This document shows positions 48,887 through 57,767 of a stretch of 62,000 nt of DNA, piece by piece. Both the position numbers and the translations under genes were made by a program. The notes below the pieces were generated by a model. That model saw only the letters and a list, made by a program, of their open reading frames with translations. It ran no database searches and had not been told where the DNA came from. This DNA comes from Hyalangium minutum (GTDB lineage: Bacteria > Myxococcota > Myxococcia > Myxococcales > Myxococcaceae), in the NCBI RefSeq assembly GCF_000737315.1, contig NZ_JMCB01000004.1, forward strand, positions 20,001 through 82,000, in the 5' to 3' direction. Position 1 is the first letter of the stretch. Each line of letters opens with the position of its first letter.

Positions 48887-51800
48887 GGTGGATCGCCTGC
48901 ATGCTCGGCGTCGTGCTCCTGCCCTGGACCGTCCGGGCGCAGGGCGGGGTGGAGGATCCACCGGCGCTCTCGTCCACGGTGGCCGGGCGCGTGTGTGACG
49001 ATCGCGATGGAGATGGGCGCTGCGCTCCGGACGAGCCGGGCCTGGCCGGGGTGCGGCTGGTGCTCGCCACGGGCAGCGAGGTGCGGACGGATGCGCAGGG
49101 GCGCTACCACCTCACGGGCGTGGACTCGCGCACCCCAGACCGGACGGGCGGCGTGCACCTGCGGCCGGGGCGCCACCGCCTGCGCGTGGATCCGCGTACC
49201 TTGCCGCCCGGGAGCAGGCCGAGCCCCGAGGCCGTCACGGTGGAGGTGCCCTGGGGCGCCGTGGTGCTGCAGGACTTCGCGATCCGCGTCCGCGTGGAGT
49301 CCGTGAGGGCTCTGGCACCCCCGCCCGCCGAGGCCCCTCCCCAGGCGGAGATCCGAGATGAGGGCCTCGCCTTCGTCGTGACGGGGCAGGCCTCGCCGGG
49401 CGATCGCGTGCGCGTTGCGGACACCGAGGCCGAGGTGTCCGCGGATGGAATCTACCGCGCGACCGTGATGCTCGGGCCCGGAGAGAACGTGCTCTCCATC
49501 ACCGCGACCTCGCCGGGCGGAACAGCGCGCTTCTTCCGCCAGCGCGTCGATGCCGTACGGCGGCAGGGCAGTTGGCTCATCGCTCCCCGCGCCATCGAGC
49601 CTCAGGGCGTGCTGCGGCTGCCGGCCGGGCCCGAAGAGGAGGTGCCCAGCGGCATGGCCTCTCTGCGCGTGGAGGCTCCCAAGGGAACGCGCGTGCGCTC
49701 GCCTCAAGGTGAGGTAACGGTGGGGCCCCAGGGTGAGGCCGAAGTGCCGGTGACCCTCACGCCCGGGCGGAACACGGTGGCTCTCGAGCTGGAGCGGCCG
49801 GGTGAGGCGGCCCGGAAGGAGACGCTGGAGATCGTCGCCGCAGCACGGCCCTTCGCCGTGGGGTTACTGGATCTCGAGGGCGCATACTCGCTCGGCGAGG
49901 GGGACTTCCAGCTCCACGGGCGTGGCGCGGCCCATGTGGAGGCCCAGCTGGGTCAGCTTCAGCTGCTCGGTGAGGTGGACCTGCGCGACACGGACTTCCG
50001 GGCGCTCCACTCTCGGGATGCGTCGTCCTGGCTGCGGCCCCGCTTACCCGAGCGCTTCGAGCGCAGCCTGGACCCGGAGCGGGCCATCAACGAGTGGGGA
50101 GATAACTCCGTTTCCCTGGCGCCCAACGCCTCCGAGGGCCGTCTGCGCCTGGAGGCCCGGCATGAGGCGTTCGGGCGCGCGGGCCTCGGGACATACCGGG
50201 CCCTCATGGCCGAGGGCGAGGTGGGCCGCTACTACCAGCCTCTCTTTGGACCCTTCGCGGAGCTGAGGACGGAGGCGGGCCCCGTCCGCGTGGGCGTGAA
50301 CGCGTTCGCGGGCAGCCTCTCGGATCCCGTGCGGGGCCTGTCCTCCAAGCCCGCCCACGAGGAGCTGCGGGCCACTGGCGGCAGCCTCTACTTCCTGGGC
50401 GCGACGGCCATCGCGGAGGGCTCCGAGTTGCTGCGCGTGGAGCTGCGGGACGGGCTCACCGGACTGCCCCTGGCCGAGCAGCACCTGGTGCGCGGCAAGG
50501 ACTACGAGATCGATTACCTCGCGGGGCGCATCTTCCTGGCGCGGCCGCTGTCGTTCCTGGCGGGCGGCCCGTGGCTGCGCACCGATGCGCTGACGGCGGC
50601 TCCCGAGCCCGTGCTTGTCGCCGACTACGCCGCGCTCGAGCTGTCGGGCTCTCGGGACTCGGCCGGTGGCGAGGCTTGGGCGGAGTGGGGTGGTTCGCGC
50701 GTGTCTCTCTCTGGAGTGCGCGAGCGCCGCGCGGGGGCTCCTTATGGGCTCTTCTCTGGGCGGGCGCGGAGCAAGCTGGCGGGCTACACGCTGGAGGCCG
50801 AGGCGGCTCGCAGCTCCGGGCTGGCCATCTCGCCCGAGGTGTTCGGTGTCTCGGACGACGGCGGAATCACGTACCTGCGGCCCACGAGGGACCTGGCCAC
50901 AGGCGGCGACGCGCTCGGTGTCCGGGTGCATGGCCCAGGGCCGCTTGGAGGCGGCTCGGTGGACGCGGCGTTCCGGTGGCGGGACCGTGGCTTCTCCGAT
51001 GGCGCGCACACCGAGACCGCGCTCTTCCGGCAGCTCTCCCTGCGCGCCTCGCAGCCGGTGGGGGCTTTCCGCCTCACGCTGCTCGGGGATGATCGGACCA
51101 CCGCGGATCCGCGCTTGCCGTTTGCTTCCACCTCCATCTCCGCGCGCACACTGGGTCTGGGCGCCGCGTACGAGCGCGAGGACTGGAGCGTCCGTCTGGA
51201 GCTGAGGGACGCGTGGCTCCGCGCCTCCGAGCTGGCAGGGGAGGGGATCGCGCTGGAGGGTGGACGGACCTCGGTGGGCCTCCAGGGGCGTTTGCGCGTG
51301 CACGAGCGCGTGGTGCTCACGGCGGGGCATCGGCAAGCGCTCCTGATGCGCGGCGCGGGGTTGGGCAGTGTGGATGACTCGTTTGCTTCGGCGGGCGTGG
51401 ACGTGCAGCTGGACGAGGACACCACCGTGGGCGTCCGCGGCGGCTGGGGGCCGGAGCTGGGCCCGCAAGTCTGGGCGAACGCCGCCGTGCGCCGCGGGCC
51501 CGAGGTCTTCTATGGCGGCTACTCGGCGGACGTGGACGGTCCGGACTTCGGGGCGGGCCGCGCCGTCATGGGGGCTCGGACCGAGCTGGACGATGGGACG
51601 AGCGTCTTCGTGGAGGACGTCAGCGCGCACGATGCGAACGCGGTGCGGCAGGCCCGTGCGGTGGGCTTCCAGCAGGCCCTCTTCGGCGGGCTCCAGGTGG
51701 GGGGCCGCTACGAGCGCGGCGTCCGCCACCCGCTGGATCTGCCCTCTTCGCTGACGCGGGACAGCGGTGGGCTGTTCGGGCAGCTCGTGCGCGAGCGCTT

Positions 51801-52464
51801 CCGCGTGGACGGCCGGGCGGAGCTGCGCCGCGAGCGGGGCACGCCCGTGCGCGGGGCACAGGTGCCGGTGGATCGGGTGCAGGCGGTGGTGGCGCTCGCC
51901 GCCGAGGCGCTGCTGCGCGAGGACCTGAGCCTCTCCGGGCGCGTGAACTTCGCTCGCACTGTGGGTGGGGAACAGCTGGAGGAACGGCTGCTGGAGGGGT
52001 CGGCCGGCGCGGCATGGAGGCCCGGCCCGTTCCTCCTCGTGGCGCGCTACAGTGTCACCCGCGAGCTGCTCCCGGGGGAGCGGGGCGCCTTCGGCGATCG
52101 GGCCTTGCAGGTCCTCTCGTTGTTGCCGGCGGTCCGGCTCGGAGATCGGCTGGCGGTGGCGGCCGGGGTGCACGCGGGGCGCTCGAGCCTGGGCGGCACG
52201 GCGGCCTGGGGCGTGACGGGGACGTTGCGGCCCTCCGTGCGGGTGGTCGGGGGTCTGGAAACGGCGGTGGAGGTCGCACGGCGGACAGCGGCGAGTGACG
52301 GTGGCGCGCTGAGCTCGCTACGGGCCGAGGTGGGGTATCGGGTGGACGAAGGCCTGCGGTTCGCCGCAGGCTACACGGTGTTGGGTTTCAGCGGCCTCGG
52401 GCTGTCTGGAGAGACGACGGATGAGTCGAACCGGCTCTACCTCCGAGCAGAGATCGCCTACTGA
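48883..52464 (+). CDS. Large outer-membrane protein: SdrD-B-like domain, Ig modules and a large C-terminal beta-barrel
   Basis: Signal peptide, GRVCDDRDGDG..DEPGLAGV, GGSLYFL...DYEIDYLAGRI, long amphipathic strands, beta-signal YLRAEIAY. Confidence 0.75.
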   Translation: MRWIACMLGVVLLPWTVRAQGGVEDPPALSSTVAGRVCDDRDGDGRCAPDEPGLAGVRLVLATGSEVRTDAQGRYHLTGVDSRTPDRTGGVHLRPGRHRLRVDPRTLPPGSRPSPEAVTVEVPWGAVVLQDFAIRVRVESVRALAPPPAEAPPQAEIRDEGLAFVVTGQASPGDRVRVADTEAEVSADGIYRATVMLGPGENVLSITATSPGGTARFFRQRVDAVRRQGSWLIAPRAIEPQGVLRLPAGPEEEVPSGMASLRVEAPKGTRVRSPQGEVTVGPQGEAEVPVTLTPGRNTVALELERPGEAARKETLEIVAAARPFAVGLLDLEGAYSLGEGDFQLHGRGAAHVEAQLGQLQLLGEVDLRDTDFRALHSRDASSWLRPRLPERFERSLDPERAINEWGDNSVSLAPNASEGRLRLEARHEAFGRAGLGTYRALMAEGEVGRYYQPLFGPFAELRTEAGPVRVGVNAFAGSLSDPVRGLSSKPAHEELRATGGSLYFLGATAIAEGSELLRVELRDGLTGLPLAEQHLVRGKDYEIDYLAGRIFLARPLSFLAGGPWLRTDALTAAPEPVLVADYAALELSGSRDSAGGEAWAEWGGSRVSLSGVRERRAGAPYGLFSGRARSKLAGYTLEAEAARSSGLAISPEVFGVSDDGGITYLRPTRDLATGGDALGVRVHGPGPLGGGSVDAAFRWRDRGFSDGAHTETALFRQLSLRASQPVGAFRLTLLGDDRTTADPRLPFASTSISARTLGLGAAYEREDWSVRLELRDAWLRASELAGEGIALEGGRTSVGLQGRLRVHERVVLTAGHRQALLMRGAGLGSVDDSFASAGVDVQLDEDTTVGVRGGWGPELGPQVWANAAVRRGPEVFYGGYSADVDGPDFGAGRAVMGARTELDDGTSVFVEDVSAHDANAVRQARAVGFQQALFGGLQVGGRYERGVRHPLDLPSSLTRDSGGLFGQLVRERFRVDGRAELRRERGTPVRGAQVPVDRVQAVVALAAEALLREDLSLSGRVNFARTVGGEQLEERLLEGSAGAAWRPGPFLLVARYSVTRELLPGERGAFGDRALQVLSLLPAVRLGDRLAVAAGVHAGRSSLGGTAAWGVTGTLRPSVRVVGGLETAVEVARRTAASDGGALSSLRAEVGYRVDEGLRFAAGYTVLGFSGLGLSGETTDESNRLYLRAEIAY

Positions 52465-52477
52465 GTGGAGGCCTCGG

Positions 52478-55400
52478 GTGAGGCTCGCCTTGATGGCGGG
52501 CCTGCTGCTGACGGTGGCCACCACGGCCAGCGCCAGCTGGACAGTGAAGGACGTCCCCGGCACTCCGAATGACGTGGAGGTGTGGGACGACACGCGCTTC
52601 TCCGTGTCGACCAGCACGGGGGCCTATCTGTACAGCACGGATGGGGGGACGCTCGCGAGCCTCTCCACAGGCCCCTCCACAGGCACCTACCTCACGGGCA
52701 ATGGATGTTTTGCCAGCTTCGTGAGCAACGATTCCGTGGTGTCTCCGGCGAACTGTGCCGGCGCGGACAACGTGCTCGGTGATAACCGGCTCGCGGGTCC
52801 CAAGGTGAAGGCCACCGAGACAGGGGCCTTCTACGCGTTGGTCCAGGAGCCTGACCTCGGTGCCGCACGGGTCGCTTTCGGGCCTCCCGGCAGCTTCGAG
52901 GCGAGGCCCTGGCGCTCGTATCAACTGTTTTCGGGAACGGCGATGGCCTTGGGGGTGGCGCACCACGGAGCTGCGGAGCATGCGCTGGCTGCGGTGAGCT
53001 TCCTGCGCGACGTGAACCTGCACTGGTTGATCGATGGTTCCCCCGCTGGCACCCCGATCACCCCCCTCAACGATGGAAGCTTCCCGCCCAAGGAGGTACA
53101 GACCATCGACTTGTTCCCCACGGGGCGCGCCGATCCCACGGCCCTGCTCGGCTGGAACAATGGGCTCTACCGAGGGGAGCTGAGCCGCGGCCCCGGTGCG
53201 AATGTCTCCTTCGGGGAGGTCCCCCTGCCTGGGGGCCCGGGCCTGGTCACGGCCCTGGATGTGAACACCGGAGTGGGGGCTCAGCACGGCGATGGCTTCG
53301 GCATGGCCACGGTCCGGCGCTCGGGCGGTGTCGCCCTGTTGAGGACGGTGCCGACAACTCGGCCCCAGGACATTGGGACCCAGTGGGTGGCGAGCACGCC
53401 GGTACCCGCATTGTCCTCGTTGCTCAGCCCGAGGTACCTGGAGTGCCAGGGCGCGAAGCTGTGCGTCGTCGCGCAGACCACCGCCAATACGGGCAACGTC
53501 TTCGTCTACATCAATGACGCGCCTCCGCAGCTCATGGTGGGGACGGGGCAGGCCGAGCCGTTCATCCTGCCCGAGCGCACGAGCCGCACCGTCAACGTGA
53601 GCGCCCCGGACTCGGATGGGGATCCGGTCCGGCTGGAGGTGTCGCCGAGCAGCGTGTCGCTCCCGGGCCTCACCATGACGCCGACGGTGGTGGGTGGAGG
53701 CGTGGACCTGGCGATCACCGCGGGCGCCGTCTGCGCGACCATTTCCCAGCCGCTCACGATCACCGCGACCGACGGCCTGGATGGTCACGCGGTGGTCCGG
53801 AACTATCTGCTCCAGGTGCAGCACACCCTCCAGCCCAATGCGCCCGTGATCACGCCGCAGGAGCAGCCGGGCCCCATTCCGGCGGGCAGTGGGCGTCGGA
53901 CCTTCAAGGCCAGCCAGACGAACGCCGGGTGCGTCATCCGCGAGTACCGGTGGACGCCGCTGTCTCCGGGCGCTCCCCCGCTCGAGCTGAGCGGAGCGGA
54001 CAAGTCGACCGCGGTCTTCGACTCGCCCCAGATTTTGTGCAATCCGCTGGGTGAGACCCACCGCTACCTCGTGGAGGCCGTCGACGAGGGCGGGTTGGTG
54101 TCCCAGCCTACCGACCTCACCCTCCAGGTGTTGCCGTGGGGGGCCCCGAGCCCGCCGCTCGCGCCCAACACGCAGGTGACGGTGGTCGCGGGGGACACGG
54201 CGAGTGGGCCCGTGTGGCTGAGGCCCGCTGCACCCGTCCACCCCTGCGAGGGGAGCAACGGCTTCCCGGGCGTAGAGACCGTGTGGGAGCTCGCGGACGG
54301 TCAGCCGCCTCCCCCAGGAGTCCGGCTGGTGACCCAGGACGGCACGCGCATCACGGGCTCCAGAGTCGTGACGCCGGAGCTCGGCATTGAAGCGGACGAG
54401 TGCATCGACGCCGAGTTCTCCATCGACGTGCAGCACTTCACGGCCGGGGCGCCGGGGCCTGCCAGCGCCGTGTCTCGGGTGCTCGTGAAGGTGCAGAGCC
54501 ACTTGAACCCGGTCTCCGAGGGCACGGTGACGCTCACCCCGACCCTCACGACCGCGGAGTCCGTGGCCGGCATCGCGGGCGTGACGGGGATCCAGTGCCT
54601 CGACCAGCGCACGGAGCGGCTTCAGGCGCGCCTGACCTTGAAGCAGGGGGGCATGGTGATCCGCGAGGCGACGGTTCCCGTGCCGGGGCCCTGGCAGTTC
54701 ACGCTGGGAGAGGCGTGCTTCGGAGCCACCTACCAGCTCGAGGGCGAGCTGCTGGCTGGAAAGAACTCGGGCTCTGGGGTGCTGCCGGGTGGACCGCAGT
54801 CGGTGGTGGTGCGTGAGGACATCTCCGTGCCTCCCGTTGAGAGGGTGACGCTGGAGCCCATGGAGGCTCCGCACTTGACGGCCCAGTGTGGCCAGCCGGC
54901 CACCGGCACGCTGGAGCAGCGTCCCCTGGCGCCGTGCGCGGAGCTGCCGGTGTCCTGGGAGCAGGTGGGCGGACCCGCGCTCACGGAGGCCTCCTTCACC
55001 GGCCAGCGGATCGATGTAGCCACGCAGGAAGCGGACTTCGGGGCGCTCATCGGCCAGCAGGTGGTGATGCGCATGCGCGCCCGGACGATGCAGGAGACCT
55101 CGCTGGATCAGGAGATTCCCATCACCGTGGAGCCCTTCGTCGAGCTGCAGCGCCGCACCGAGCGGGGCACGGGCACCGACACGGGGCTCGTGGGCGTGTC
55201 CGTGGAGTTGCGCAACACCACGGCGTGCGGCGTGAGCGAGGTGGAGCACTGGGAGCGCCTCGAGGGCATGGACTACCAGCCTGGCAGCGCGCGCTTCAAC
55301 GGCACACCCGTGGAGGCCGAGCTGGACGGGGACGTGCTCAAGATGAAGGGGCTCGTGCTGGAGGGCGGCAGCTTGGGCCAGCTCACCTACGTGGTGCGCC

Positions 55401-55579
55401 CGCGGCTGCTCGAGAGCGCCCGCTTCGAGGGCCAGTCCTTCCTGCGCAAGGTCTCCCTCTCGCGCCCGCTGGAGGAGCCTCCCGTCGAGGGGTGTGGATG
55501 CTCGGGTGGGGGCTCGGGGCTGGCCGCGTTCGGGCTCGCGAGTCTGGCTGCGGCGTTGCGCAGCCGGCGGGGACGTTGA
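52478..55579 (+). CDS. MYXO-CTERM-sorted surface protein/adhesin with cadherin/PKD-like and DUF11-like domains
   Basis: GGAGG SD then GTG 52478. Signal peptide, DSDGDP, WEQVGGP, DUF11-like last domain, tail GCGCSGG-hydrophobic-RSRRGR. Confidence 0.85.
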   Translation: MRLALMAGLLLTVATTASASWTVKDVPGTPNDVEVWDDTRFSVSTSTGAYLYSTDGGTLASLSTGPSTGTYLTGNGCFASFVSNDSVVSPANCAGADNVLGDNRLAGPKVKATETGAFYALVQEPDLGAARVAFGPPGSFEARPWRSYQLFSGTAMALGVAHHGAAEHALAAVSFLRDVNLHWLIDGSPAGTPITPLNDGSFPPKEVQTIDLFPTGRADPTALLGWNNGLYRGELSRGPGANVSFGEVPLPGGPGLVTALDVNTGVGAQHGDGFGMATVRRSGGVALLRTVPTTRPQDIGTQWVASTPVPALSSLLSPRYLECQGAKLCVVAQTTANTGNVFVYINDAPPQLMVGTGQAEPFILPERTSRTVNVSAPDSDGDPVRLEVSPSSVSLPGLTMTPTVVGGGVDLAITAGAVCATISQPLTITATDGLDGHAVVRNYLLQVQHTLQPNAPVITPQEQPGPIPAGSGRRTFKASQTNAGCVIREYRWTPLSPGAPPLELSGADKSTAVFDSPQILCNPLGETHRYLVEAVDEGGLVSQPTDLTLQVLPWGAPSPPLAPNTQVTVVAGDTASGPVWLRPAAPVHPCEGSNGFPGVETVWELADGQPPPPGVRLVTQDGTRITGSRVVTPELGIEADECIDAEFSIDVQHFTAGAPGPASAVSRVLVKVQSHLNPVSEGTVTLTPTLTTAESVAGIAGVTGIQCLDQRTERLQARLTLKQGGMVIREATVPVPGPWQFTLGEACFGATYQLEGELLAGKNSGSGVLPGGPQSVVVREDISVPPVERVTLEPMEAPHLTAQCGQPATGTLEQRPLAPCAELPVSWEQVGGPALTEASFTGQRIDVATQEADFGALIGQQVVMRMRARTMQETSLDQEIPITVEPFVELQRRTERGTGTDTGLVGVSVELRNTTACGVSEVEHWERLEGMDYQPGSARFNGTPVEAELDGDVLKMKGLVLEGGSLGQLTYVVRPRLLESARFEGQSFLRKVSLSRPLEEPPVEGCGCSGGGSGLAAFGLASLAAALRSRRGR

Positions 55580-55609
55580 TCGAGGGCTCCGGCCTCGGAG
55601 CCCGCAGCC

Positions 55610-57289
55610 TCAGAGCCCGAAGGAGATGCGGCGCTTGCTGCTGGACTCCTCGCGCCGCTCCTGGAGGATGCCCATCAGCTCCAGGCCGTGCAGCGTGGCG
55701 AGCGTCTCGCGCTCCGAGAGATCCGTGAGCGTGAGCAGATCCTCGACCGTCTTGGAGCCGTCCGCGTAGGCCAGCAGCATCGCCTGGGGGCCTGTCAGCT
55801 TCAGCTCGTGCAGGGCGTAGGGCGGAGCGGCCGTGGGTGACAGCCGGCGCGGGCGCGGCATCTTCTGCCGCAGGGACACCAGCGTCTCCAGCTTGAGCAC
55901 GCCCTCGAGGATGAGATCGCCCGGGAAGATGGACAGCTTCACCAGCCCCGTGCGCTGCAGCCGCATGGAGCTGAAGCCATAGCCCCCCGAGCTCCACGCG
56001 AAGGTGGACCAGATGATCTCCTTCACCTGCTCCTCGACGAGCTGACGGCGCTTGTCCGCGTCCAGGAGCCCCAGGCGCATCATCGCCTCCCCGGTGCGCA
56101 CGCCCTCCTCCTTCGAGAGCGCCGCCACGGCCTGCAGATCGCTGTCGGAGAGCAAGCCCCGGCGCGCGCAGAAGCGGGCGAAGCGCTCGTTGGCGAGGTT
56201 GGAGGCGGCGTACACGGGCTGGCCCGCTTCGAAGTAGACGACCTTGAGGACCTGTCCCTGCTTGAGCTTCAGCTCCCCGTGGTGGCGCGTCTCGTAGTAC
56301 GCGTTCAGGAGCCGAGGGATCGTGGCCTCCTTGATCTCTCCCTCGAGCGTCCACTCCGGCAGGGCGCGGCGGCCCGCGCGGGCTGGGGCCGGGGCCTCCT
56401 GGCCCTTCTGCTTGGCCCACACCTTCTCGCGCTCACCGAACGGCAGGACCTCCGGCTCGGCGGGGGCTGGCTCGGGCTCGGGTGCGGACTCGGGCTCGGG
56501 TGCGGACGTGGGCTCGGGCGCAGCGGCTGGCTCCGGGGACGCCGAAGCCACCGGGGGCTCGCTGGCAGCGGGGGACTGGGGCTCACCCTGAGTCGAGGAG
56601 GCGGCCTCGGCCAGCTCGGCCAGGAGCGCCTCGTCAGGGCCCAGCGTGGGGAGGGCGACACGGTGGCTGGACTGCTCCTCCTCCTCCTCTTCAGGGAGGA
56701 AGGCGTCCGGAGGCAGGGCGGTCGCGTGAGGCTGGGTCACCTCGTTGTCGGTGACCTCGCGCGGGGGAGGGGGCGGGGACAATGCCGCGGCTGGGAGCAG
56801 GCTCTCCTTCGGGCGCTCGGGCGGGGGCTCGCCCTTGTCCTCATCCTCCGGGAGCAGCTCCATGAGCTCGAGGATGGACTCCTCTTCCTCCTGGGCCTCG
56901 GGCGGGGGAGGGGGCGGGGCTATTGTCCGAGGCAGGCCGCACTTCTGCTCGAGGGCGTCCAGCAGGTCGTCCAGCTTGAAGGGCTTGGAGAAGAAGTCCC
57001 GAGCCCCGTAGACGCTGGTGGCCTCCCGGGCGAGCTTGTCCCCCTTGAACACGCCGCTGATGGCGATGGCGGGGATGCCGTGGGGGATGAGGGCGGTGAG
57101 CAGCTCGGAGCCGCGCATGTCCGGCAGGAGCAGGTCCACCACGGCCGCGTCGTAGGCACGGGGGCGGAGCAGCACGAGCGCTTCCTCCCCCGTGTGGACG
57201 GCCTGGGCCGAGTGGCCTCGGCTCTGGGCGGCCGCCACCATCAGGGAGGCGAGTTCGTGGTTGTCTTCGACGATGAGCAGTCGCGCCAT
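55610..57289 (-). CDS. Receiver domain + acidic/Pro-rich linker + DUF4388 (PatA_N-like) domain protein
   Basis: RLLIVEDN, VVDLLLP, KPF. C-terminal KVVYFEAGQPVYAASN, RFARF, TFAWSSGGYGF. Confidence 0.85.
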   Translation of the reverse strand: MARLLIVEDNHELASLMVAAAQSRGHSAQAVHTGEEALVLLRPRAYDAAVVDLLLPDMRGSELLTALIPHGIPAIAISGVFKGDKLAREATSVYGARDFFSKPFKLDDLLDALEQKCGLPRTIAPPPPPPEAQEEEESILELMELLPEDEDKGEPPPERPKESLLPAAALSPPPPPREVTDNEVTQPHATALPPDAFLPEEEEEEQSSHRVALPTLGPDEALLAELAEAASSTQGEPQSPAASEPPVASASPEPAAAPEPTSAPEPESAPEPEPAPAEPEVLPFGEREKVWAKQKGQEAPAPARAGRRALPEWTLEGEIKEATIPRLLNAYYETRHHGELKLKQGQVLKVVYFEAGQPVYAASNLANERFARFCARRGLLSDSDLQAVAALSKEEGVRTGEAMMRLGLLDADKRRQLVEEQVKEIIWSTFAWSSGGYGFSSMRLQRTGLVKLSIFPGDLILEGVLKLETLVSLRQKMPRPRRLSPTAAPPYALHELKLTGPQAMLLAYADGSKTVEDLLTLTDLSERETLATLHGLELMGILQERREESSSKRRISFGL

Positions 57290-57317
57290 GGGGGCCTGCC
57301 ACCATACCATTCAGCTC

Positions 57318-57704
57318 ATGGACGTTCAGGGCTTCCACCATGTGGCCATTCAGGCGAGAGATGTGGAGCGGGTGACCGCCTTCTACCGGGACCTGTTAGG
57401 GCTCCCGGAGCTGACCCGGCACCACCGCCCGGACGGCTCCCTGCGGAGCATCTGGGTAGGTGTCCCCGGAGGTGGGTTTCTGGCCATCGAGGCCGTGTCC
57501 GGGGAGCCCGAGCCACTTCCCTTCCGCCACGAGCGGCCCGGCTACCTGCTGCTGGCCTTCCGCATCCCCCGGGCCTCCCGGGGGGTGACGGTGGAGGCGC
57601 TCCTCCGCGCGGGGGTGCCCCTGGAGCACGAGACGCGCTGGACCGTGTACGTCCGGGACCCGGAGGGCAACCGGGTGGCCCTCAGCCATCACCCGGAGGA
57701 CTGA
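57318..57704 (+). CDS. VOC/glyoxalase family protein
   Basis: FHHVAI, FYRDLLG, YVRDPEGN. Confidence 0.9.
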   Translation: MDVQGFHHVAIQARDVERVTAFYRDLLGLPELTRHHRPDGSLRSIWVGVPGGGFLAIEAVSGEPEPLPFRHERPGYLLLAFRIPRASRGVTVEALLRAGVPLEHETRWTVYVRDPEGNRVALSHHPED

Positions 57705-57767
57705 CCGGGTACAACCGTCAGGGGTCGCCTTGCGAAAGGCGGACCCCCTAGGTATCAAGCGAGCCAC

